Of a stretch of DNA of 64,000 nucleotides, positions 52,325-64,000 are shown piece by piece. The notes beneath the pieces were generated by a model, which worked only from the letters and a program-made list of their open reading frames with translations, was not told the origin of the DNA and made no database searches. Origin of the DNA: Eledone cirrhosa (Eukaryota); the NCBI GenBank assembly GCA_964016885.1, contig OZ024747.1:80228001-80292000 (forward strand), written 5' to 3'. The translations under genes and the position numbers were made by a program. Positions within the stretch are counted from its first letter, which is position 1, and the number at the start of each line of letters is the position of its first letter.

Positions 52325-55300
52325 TATGATTAACATACTATATAAAGTATGCATTGATTAACAGACTATATAAAGTATGCATTGATTAACAGACTATATA
52401 AAGTATGCATTGATTAACATACTATATAAAGTATGCATTGATTAACATACTATATAAAGTAGGCATTGATTAACATACTATATAAAGTAGGCATTGATTA
52501 ACATACTATATAAAGTATGCATTGATTAACAGACTATATAAAGTATGCATTGATTAACAGACTATATAAAGTATGCATTGATTAACATACTATATAAAGT
52601 AGGCATTGATTAACATACTATATAAAGTATGCATTGATTAACATACTATATAAAGTATGCATTGATTAACATACTATATAAAGTATGCATTGATTAACAG
52701 ACTATATAAAGTATGCATTGATTAACATACTATATAAAGTATGCATTGATTAACATACTATATAAAGTATGCATTGATTAACAGACTATATAAAGTATGC
52801 ATTGATTAACATACTATATAAAGTATGCATTGATTAACATACTATATAAAGTATGCATTGATTAACATACTATATAAAGTATGCATTGATTAACATACTA
52901 TATAAAGTATGCATTGATTAACATACTATATAAAGTAGGCATTGATTAACATACTATATAAAGTATGCATTGATTAACAGACTATATAAAGTATGCATTG
53001 ATTAACATACTATATAAAGTATGCATTGATTAACATACTATATAAAGTATGCATTGATTAACATACTATATAAAGTATGCATTGATTAACATACTATATA
53101 AAGTATGCATTGATTAACATACTATATAAAGTATGCATTGATTAACATACTATATAAAGTATGCATTGATTAACATACTATATAAAGTATGCATTGATTA
53201 ACAGACTATATAAAGTATGATTAACATACTATATAAAGTATGCATTGATTAACATACTATATAAAGTATGCATTGATTAACATACTATATAAAGTATGCA
53301 TTGATTAACAGACTATATAAAGTATGCATTGATTAACATACTATATAAAGTAGGCATTGATTAACATACTATATAAAGTATGATTAACATACTATATAAA
53401 GTATGCATTGATTAACATACTATATAAAGTATGCATTGATTAACAGACTATATAAAGTATGCATTGATTAACATACTATATAAAGTAGGCATTGATTAAC
53501 AGACTATATAAAGTATGCATTGATTAACATACTATATAAAGTATGCATTGATTAACATACTATATAAAGTATGCATTGATTAACATACTATATAAAGTAG
53601 GCATTGATTAACATACTATATAAAGTAGGCATTGATTAACAGACTATATAAAGTATGCATTGATTAACATACTATATAAAGTATGCATTGATTAACATAC
53701 TATATAAAGTATGCATTGATTAACATACTATATAAAGTAGGCATTGATTAACATACTATATAAAGTAGGCATTGATTAACATACTATATAAAGTAGGCAT
53801 TGATTAACATACTATATAAAGTAGGCATTGATTAACAGACTATATAAAGTAGGCATTGATTAACAGACTATATAAAGTATGCATTGATTAACATACTATA
53901 TAAAGTATGCATTGATTAACATACTATATAAAGTAGGCATTGATTAACATACTATATAAAGTAGGCATTGATTAACAGACTATATAAAGTATGCATTGAT
54001 TAACATACTATATAAAGTATGCATTGATTAACATACTATATAAAGTAGGCATTGATTAACATACTATATAAAGTATGCATTGATTAACATACTATATAAA
54101 GTATGCATTGATTAACAGACTATATAAAGTATGCATTGATTAACATACTATATAAAGTATGCATTGATTAACATACTATATAAAGTATGCATTGATTAAC
54201 ATACTATATAAAGTATGCATTGATTAACATACTATATAAAGTATGCATTGATTAACAGACTATATAAAGTATGATTAACATACTATATAAAGTATGCATT
54301 GATTAACATACTATATAAAGTATGCATTGATTAACATACTATATAAAGTATGCATTGATTAACAGACTATATAAAGTATGCATTGATTAACATACTATAT
54401 AAAGTAGGCATTGATTAACATACTATATAAAGTATGATTAACATACTATATAAAGTATGCATTGATTAACATACTATATAAAGTATGCATTGATTAACAG
54501 ACTATATAAAGTATGCATTGATTAACATACTATATAAAGTAGGCATTGATTAACAGACTATATAAAGTATGCATTGATTAACATACTATATAAAGTATGC
54601 ATTGATTAACATACTATATAAAGTAGGCATTGATTAACATACTATATAAAGTAGGCATTGATTAACAGACTATATAAAGTATGCATTGATTAACATACTA
54701 TATAAAGTATGCATTGATTAACATACTATATAAAGTATGCATTGATTAACATACTATATAAAGTAGGCATTGATTAACATACTATATAAAGTAGGCATTG
54801 ATTAACAGACTATATAAAGTATGCATTGATTAACATACTATATAAAGTATGCATTGATTAACATACTATATAAAGTATGCATTGATTAACATACTATATA
54901 AAGTAGGCATTGATTAACATACTATATAAAGTAGGCATTGATTAACATACTATATAAAGTAGGCATTGATTAACATACTATATAAAGTATGCATTGATTA
55001 ACATACTATATAAAGTATGCATTGATTAACATACTATATAAAGTATGCATTGATTAACAGACTATATAAAGTATGCATTGATTAACATACTATATAAAGT
55101 AGGCATTGATTAACAGACTATATAAAGTAGGCATTGATTAACAGACTATATAAAGTATGCATTGATTAACATACTATATAAAGTATGCATTGATTAACAT
55201 ACTATATAAAGTAGGCATTGATTAACATACTATATAAAGTAGGCATTGATTAACAGACTATATAAAGTATGCATTGATTAACATACTATATAAAGTATGC

Positions 55301-56937
55301 ATTGATTAACATACTATATAAAGTAGGCATTGATTAACATACTATATAAAGTATGCATTGATTAACATACTATATAAAGTAGGCATTGATTAACATACTA
55401 TATAAAGTAGGCATTGATTAACATACTATATAAAGTAGGCATTGATTAACAGACTATATAAAGTATGCATTGATTAACATACTATATAAAGTAGGCATTG
55501 ATTAACATACTATATAAAGTAGGCATTGATTAACAGACTATATAAAGTATGCATTGATTAACATACTATATAAAGTAGGCATTGATTAACAGACTATATA
55601 AAGTATGCATTGATTAACAGACTATATAAAGTATGCATTGATTAACATACTATATAAAGTAGGCATTGATTAACAGACTATATAAAGTATGCATTGATTA
55701 ACAGACTATATAAAGTATGCATTGATTAACATACTATATAAAGTAGGCATTGATTAACAGACTATATAAAGTATGCATTGATTAACAGACTATATAAAGT
55801 ATGCATTGATTAACATACTATATAAAGTAGGCATTGATTAACAGACTATATAAAGTAGGCATTGATTAACATACTATATAAAGTAGGCATTGATTAACAG
55901 ACTATATAAAGTATGCATTGATTAACATACTATATAAAGTAGGCATTGATTAACAGACTATATAAAGTATGCATTGATTAACAGACTATATAAAGTATGC
56001 ATTGATTAACAGACTATATAAAGTATGCATTGATTAACAGACTATATAAAGTATGCATTGATTAACAGACTATATAAAGTATGCATTGATTAACATACTA
56101 TATAAAGTAGGCATTGATTAACATACTATATAAAGTAGGCATTGATTAACAGACTATATAAAGTATGCATTGATTAACATACTATATAAAGTAGGCATTG
56201 ATTAACATACTATATAAAGTATGCATTGATTAACATACTATATAAAGTAGGCATTGATTAACAGACTATATAAAGTATGCATTGATTAACAGACTATATA
56301 AAGTATGCATTGATTAACAGACTATATAAAGTAGGCATTGATTAACAGACTATATAAAGTATGCATTGATTAACAGACTATATAAAGTATGCATTGATTA
56401 ACATACTATATAAAGTAGGCATTGATTAACATACTATATAAAGTATGCATTGATTAACATACTATATAAAGTAGGCATTGATTAACATACTATATAAAGT
56501 ATGCATTGATTAACATACTATATAAAGTAGGCATTGATTAACAGACTATATAAAGTATGCATTGATTAACATACTATATAAAGTAGGCATTGATTAACAT
56601 ACTATATAAAGTATGCATTGATTAACATACTATATAAAGTAGGCATTGATTAACATACTATATAAAGTATGATTAACATACTATATAAAGTAGGCATTGA
56701 TTAACATACTATATAAAGTATGCATTGATTAACATACTATATAAAGTATGATTAACATACTATATAAAGTAGGCATTGATTAACATACTATATAAAGTAG
56801 GCATTGATTAACATACTATATAAAGTATGATTAACATACTATATAAAGTAGGCATTGATTAACATACTATATAAAGTAGGCATTGATTAACATACTATAT
56901 AAAGTAGGCATTGATTAACAGACTATATAAAGTATGC
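52325..56937. repeat. 28-bp satellite (~165 units) GCATTGATTAACA(T/G)ACTATATAAAGTA(T/G)
   Basis: Period of 28 read directly; two biallelic sites and occasional 23-bp units. Confidence 0.97.
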
Positions 56938-56992
56938 CATAAATTAATATTTCCTCATTTTTTATACAAGTATCTGAAACAATTATTTTCAA

Positions 56993-57132
56993 ATAGAAGG
57001 GTAGTGGTATAGAAGGGTGGCGGTATAGAAGGGTGGCGGTATAGAAGGGTAGTGGTATAGAAGGGTAGTGGTATAGAAGGGTAGTGGTATAGAAGGGTAG
57101 CGGTATAGAAGGGTAGTGGTATAGAAGGGTAG
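56993..57132. repeat. 16-bp minisatellite ATAGAAGGGT(A/G)G(T/C)GGT
   Basis: About 8.5 tandem copies. Confidence 0.9.
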
Positions 57133-57822
57133 TTGTCTATGTAGGCTGGGGAAGAATGATATCAATAAAACAATAAGAATTATAACCAATAAAGAAGACA
57201 GGAAATAACTAGCTAGCCGAGGGATTTAAATAAAAATGAACTAAATAGAAAATGGGAAAGATGCAACGAAAAGCTCTCATGTGACCCAAAACGAAAGATA
57301 TGAAATAAATGAAAAAAGAAAGTTAGAAGAACAGCTAGATAAACAGTTAGACAGCAAGGCAGGCAGTTATGAAGAATGATGAAATGTTTTTGAGCAGAGC
57401 ATCATATGTAGAAAGTTTGGTCTACTTTCTGAAACGATGCGTAATGATGCTGCAGGCCGAATAACATTACTAGGAAGACAATTCAACCGTTATGCAACTA
57501 TAGCTGTCATTTAGTGTTATTCAACAGCAAATACACATAACCGAATGCTGATATACATACACACACGTGTATATATTTATGTATGTGTGTGTATGTATAT
57601 ATGTATATATGTATGTTGTGTGTGTATATATAGGTATATATATACACACATACATACTTAATACACACACATACGTACATAATACATACACAAATACACA
57701 CACATATATATATATAGTGAAAAATCATTCATGGAAAATTAATGAATTGTATACAAATCACGTTAAATAGGAAACATGATAATGCAAAGTCGAAGCTGCA
57801 CCGAATGTTCTAAATACTTTAT

Positions 57823-57941
<119 letters not shown>

Positions 57942-58334
57942 TATTTATAAACGTGCTGGGGCATAAATCTTGTGTAAACGTGGAGAATTGACGCAAGAGT
58001 TCTTTTGCTATTCCGGTGCGCGAGTCAGGGTTGTCTATCTCAGCTCATGCACAAGAGCAGGTGGAGCTAATACGAGGTTTATGGGATGACAGAAGCCAGT
58101 GGATCGAGGTGGGCTACAAGGTGGATCTCCGTTGACAGCCAAACACTAGGTTGGTGTCTCTGATAATGGATATCGCAGGCTGTTACATCGCATGCAAACT
58201 CTGCTAGAAACAGTACCGTTCACTCCCTCATCACCGGAGTCGTAAGAAGTATTCTATGTAGGACAACCTTTATGCAGAGCGCTCAACTCAAGTATTTCGC
58301 ATCACACTTTGGTGACGTACATAATCGGTGCATT

Positions 58335-58490
58335 ATTGCCAGTATCGGACGCCATGGTTTGCAGCATGGTCTGAGTTCAAATCCTTCCGAGGTTAATTTT
58401 GCCTTCCATCCTTACGGGGTCGATAACATAAAGTACCAGTAATGTATTGGGATAATTTCTGGTCTTGTGCAAAAAAGTAGAAACAATTAT
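58335..58490 (+). mobile_element. tRNA-derived SINE, family A (degenerate)
   Basis: gagttcaaatcc...ggggtcgataacataaagtaccag. Confidence 0.7.
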
Positions 58491-58851
58491 TTCTCTCTGT
58501 TTACCTATATATTCATAAGCCCATTCTTGACAAGTCAACTTGTACAGTGAAAAAATCAAATAAGATCGAACGATGTTTGTTGGTTTGTTGAATGGTGTTT
58601 TATCTCAACTCACCATATTCACATAGTGGTACACACCGTATACAGTCCTCCCCTCATATTTTTCGCTTCTCTGTTTGTTCTGAATCTGTCTATCTGTCTC
58701 TCTCACTCTCACACTCATACACACACATACACATCATACATACTTACATAGATATTGTAGTTTTCGTAGATTATTTTGAGGTATAAAAAATAGTTATAAA
58801 CACCGGAAGTCAAAAGTGAAAAGAAACGTATTGTGATAGAACTATATATAT

Positions 58852-58991
58852 CTAAGGCGGGTAAAACTCCCGAGATCCATGGACGAGTTCTCTCCAGCGG
58901 TCTCTGTCCCTCATTATCACTGCCATGTCCTGCGTCTCCAACAGACCAGTGTCTGTCCTTAGGGCATCAACATCCCACGTGCGCACCACTT

Positions 58992-58995
<4 letters not shown>
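58852..58995 (-). pseudogene. RTE-clade LINE C-terminal remnant
   Basis: RTWDVDALRTDTGLLETQDMAVIMRDRDRWRELV matches RTE-type ORF ends. Confidence 0.6.
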
Positions 58996-59032
<37 letters not shown>

Positions 59033-59587
59033 GAGATAGATAGAGAGAGAGAGAGAGAGAGAGCGAGGGGGGAAATAGGATAGGGTATAGGCGTGGGGAG
59101 AACACAAGAGGGAGTGAACGAACGAGAAATAAATACATTATTGTAAAAGTTACATCCTGTGTATTGAGAAAATGTGTATCTGCACTTGACATGAACTACT
59201 ATATATCTTTGATGTGCTCTGCCTTTTATGTAGAACAATACAAAGGAAACATGAAAGACGAGTGTGGACATTGTATGCAAGCTAAGAAACAAAGAGAAAA
59301 CACGAGAAGTTATACAAAATACTCAACAGACAACAACCAACAAACTGTTATTAAGCGCTGGTGGACATGTGAACATCTGAAAAAACGAAGATTTTTCTGG
59401 CTTCACACACATCATTCTTGTATACATAATAACATGTTATATACTCATCTAGAGAGTAACATTCAAAGTTACACAAATACATGGACAGATAGTAATATAT
59501 AAGTGCATATATCAAATGATCAACTTTGACCGTTGTATATACACAAAATACAACATACAGACACACAACACATAACATACACATACA

Positions 59588-59689
<102 letters not shown>

Positions 59690-60174
59690 GGCTTACATAA
59701 AGATTCACACATATCACTGATAACCATAAACAGTGTAGACCGATTGACATACACCTACATACTACAACTGATACACATGAACAACCCACAAACTGACATG
59801 CACACACGCGCACACACAACGTAAAGACCCACACATACACATACACACACAACTAAAGCGACAAACGCGTAGAGACAGACTCACACTGAGAACAAATGAC
59901 TAACTCGTGGCGCAACAATCGGGCACACATATATACACTACTGATAGACTCGGACACTACTACATGAACTTATTCCTTTCGAGGTCGATAAAAAAAATCT
60001 ACCAGTCCAGTACTGAGGTCGATTCTACCTCTATAGAAAGAAATCGACTGTGATCAGACCTGGAGAAGGTTGGGCTCTGCCAGGTTAAAAAGTGCCCTAG
60101 ACACACCGTGTGACGGTGCCTCTACAACTCCACAAAGAGTTATGGGATCTTTATCTTTATCCCCCCCCCCCCAG

Positions 60175-60211
<37 letters not shown>

Positions 60212-60882
60212 CACTGACGTGCACTCATATACATATATACACATATGTGTGTGTGTTATTCCGTTTCTCTGTTTACTTTTAATGTTTCTCCAATAACATA
60301 TCCTCGACAAATAAAGATCGATAAAGTAAATACCCGGATTAAAAAATATAATTTATTACGGTAATCAATTGTGTTGGCTAAATTCCTTGAAGGCTTTGTC
60401 TGAGCATGACTTCAGTCTAATGACTGAAACCGGTGAATAACGAAAGAGTATATATGCCTGAATAGGAAGGATTATTAGATAGATACTTGCCTTAATTTTA
60501 CGGAGAAAAGAAACTCCCATCATGGATACGCCATACCCTCTATCAGACCTGTCGACTTTCCTCGTCCGACGGGGAGATCTCCCATCCACTTAGGGGTGGT
60601 TAGAGATGTCTTCTCCTGTGAAAATGGGTATAGCTTGCATTATGTAAAATCTCCCCATTTTGCCTCATTTCTCTGTTTTAGGGCACTTTTTTCATGGTAC
60701 TCCCCGTTTGGGTTTTTGGAGGTTGGTAGATGTCTAGTCGAATTCTAATATTGATAAAACGTTCAAGATGGCACACTTTTATTTCCCTGTAAAGCATCGC
60801 CATATCGGTTATTGACCTGGAGATCTTGCCCAAATATGGTAAACTAAAAGTATTTCATATATTCATGCTTCGCACGGTTTTC

Positions 60883-61222
60883 ATGTGAAGGATTAGTAGT
60901 TAGAGCGTCGGACTTACAATTGTGAGGTTGTGAGTTCGATTCTCGGACCGGACTTTGCGTTGTGTTCTAGGGCAAGACCCTTTATTTCACGTTGCTCCAG
61001 TTCACTCAGCTGTATAAATGAGTTGTGATGTCACTGGGGCCAAGCTGTATCGGACTTTGCCTTTCCCTTGGACAACATAGGTGGCGTGGAGAGCGGAGAC
61101 TGGTATGTATCGACAACTATAGGCCTTCCACAAAGAACCATGCCTGGTCTTGTACCTCGGAGGGGAACTTTCTAGGTAAAAATACCATAGTCATTCGTGA
61201 ACGAAGGGGGTCGTTACCCTTA
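60883..61222 (+). mobile_element. tRNA-derived SINE, family B
   Basis: Box B gagttcgattct; core gcaagaccctttatttcacgttgctccagttcactcagctg; homolog of 37325. Confidence 0.78.
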
Positions 61223-61495
61223 CTGTTTCTATATTCAGTTTGTCAAATATTTTATAATGTATTTTGATAAATAATATCTAGATAGTTGTAAACACAGTCC
61301 CACTGCCAACCATTCAGCACTCGCAGGTATTGTACCGCCATAAATGGGGAAGACGTAATTTTTATAACTTTTGATATTCGTGTTGCGGGTACATCTAGTC
61401 GGGAATATATCGGTTTGACCTGCATCTAATTTGAGGTTGTAAAGATTCAGACGATTACTATTTAGTCGAACAGGCTGCAGAGAAACCTTGCCTAA

Positions 61496-62222
<727 letters not shown>

Positions 62223-62256
62223 AAATATAATCTTTTATACACAATCATACACACCC

Positions 62257-62291
<35 letters not shown>

Positions 62292-62292
<1 letters not shown>

Positions 62293-62371
62293 TCTCGCTG
62301 ATGATGCCCGTGGATTATCTGTTACAAACACACTCAGGGCGAAACAGATTAATCCCTAATCTGTCCGAGAG
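62292..62371 (+). ncRNA. Type I hammerhead ribozyme with stable stem III
   Basis: CUCUCG CUGAUGA u GCCC...GGGC GAA ACAGAUUA(auccc)UAAUCUGU C^CGAGAG; GUC cleavage triplet. Confidence 0.85.
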
Positions 62372-62605
62372 ATATAATTGTTATTGAGGCGGTTTGTATA
62401 ATATAATTTTATTTTATTTTATCATTGTCTGCTTCATGGTTAAATATTTCAAACAAATGTGGTTCTTCAACCCTCGTAATATTAGACACACGATTTACTG
62501 TGTTTCTTACTACATATATTATTATAATGCTCAGTATTTATACTTTGAGGTTGTTGATTACAGGGTTTCAGTATGAGTTATTAACTCTAACTTTCATTTA
62601 TATAT

Positions 62606-62680
<75 letters not shown>

Positions 62681-62811
62681 GAGGTTATATTTAATTTGTT
62701 GGGATACAACAAGCAATATATTTTTATAACTGATATAAAGCCCTCAACAAATTATTGGAGTAAATATACAATATATTAACAAATGGAAACTATATTTATA
62801 AAACCATATTT

Positions 62812-62875
62812 ATTTCATTATACATATTTCAAGGGCCACCAAGGCAAACTATGGTCCGCTTTCATCAGATAAAAT
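62812..62875 (-). ncRNA. Minimal type I hammerhead ribozyme (same family as 28141)
   Basis: AUUUUAU CUGAUGA aagcggACCA...UGGUggcccuu GAA AUAUGUAU A^AUGAAAU. Confidence 0.75.
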
Positions 62876-62945
62876 ATCTGATGAACGCGCACCATAGTGG
62901 TCCTTGTGACACCATTGGTGGCCCTTGAAATATGTATAATGAAAT
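62875..62945 (+). ncRNA. Hammerhead with truncated stem I 5' strand (inverted partner)
   Basis: uau CUGAUGA ...CACCA...UGGUG... GAA AUAUGUAU A AUGAAAU. Confidence 0.6.
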
Positions 62946-62984
62946 AAATATGGTTTTATAAATATAGTTTCCATTTGTGAATAT

Positions 62985-63124
<140 letters not shown>

Positions 63125-63246
63125 CTCTAATATGTTTATGCCTTGAACTATTCTTTTTTATTTAGTATTTCTAACATAGTATATACCTCAAAGCATTAAT
63201 TTTTCCACCACTCCGGTAGACTCATGCTTCGGAATATGTATCTAGG

Positions 63247-63351
<105 letters not shown>

Positions 63352-63366
63352 ATGTATATGTGTGTG

Positions 63367-63397
<31 letters not shown>

Positions 63398-63741
63398 GTG
63401 TGTGTGTGTGTGCGCGCGCATATTGATTTTGGTTTGGTACAGGAAGTATTCTATTTGCACTTTAACATAATGACTTGCCTTGCGTATGTTTTTATCTCTT
63501 TGGTAACTCTATTACCCCACCCCCCTTCAAACTCTCAATTGTAAAACCATGTAACTATCTATCTAGTTAATTTGACAAAATAGCTTCTAGATAAATAACA
63601 AAATATAAAACAGTTCTCTACCATTACTCTCTCTTTTGACCGATTAATTTGTTCATTCATTCATTTCTTCTTCTTTTCGATTGTTTCACCCTCTCTCTGA
63701 GCTTCCCTTCCTCTACTGCTTGTTAGGATTATCTTAGTATT

Positions 63742-63789
<48 letters not shown>

Positions 63790-64000
63790 TAAAAAATATT
63801 AAACTATATAGAAACTGAACACAGGGAATTTTAATTCGTTTCCTGAACATACAGATGAGGTCTGTTTAACGAGTTTTAAACGAAGTATGTCTGTTGCTTT
63901 AACGACTCAATTAGACATTTTTCATATATCTGTTTTGCATTCATGATGTTTTTTTCAGACATTCTAGTGTAATTTCTGAACTTCATAATAACACTTCCGA

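Noticed and set aside
52325-56937. CRISPR-like appearance of the 28-bp repeat
   Set aside because: No unique spacers, no cas genes, and a eukaryotic context.
60400-60445. gactGAAACCGGT motif (similar remnants near 42975 and 44215)
   Set aside because: CUGANGA and stem I are missing; at most decayed relics.

Overview
Repeat-rich, AT-rich eukaryotic intergenic or intronic DNA. The tRNA-derived SINEs and microsatellite load look like an octopod cephalopod (inference). No host protein-coding gene could be supported; most ORFs in the track are microsatellite read-throughs. Real coding content is retroelement-derived: a near-complete Tx1/L1-clade LINE (ORF1 zinc knuckle; ORF2 APE-RT-zinc finger) in a (TATC)n tract, two 3' fragments of that group, a stack of R4/Dong-like REL LINE pieces in (CATA)n, and RTE remnants. 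Also present are Helitron-like elements, hAT and mariner-type MITEs, SINEs and a 28-bp satellite. The main discovery is a ribozyme system. A 13-copy array of a ~466-bp unit (15451-21537) carries a minimal type I hammerhead ribozyme on the minus strand of every unit, ends in an inverted segment, and is flanked by a direct duplication in (TA)n, so it looks like a retrozyme/circRNA-derived multimer inserted in one event. At least five other non-coding repeat families here also carry type I hammerheads, mostly inside fold-back structures typical of Penelope-like retroelements. One of these hammerheads is split by a Tx1 insertion. All ribozyme calls are by-eye folds and activity is untested.
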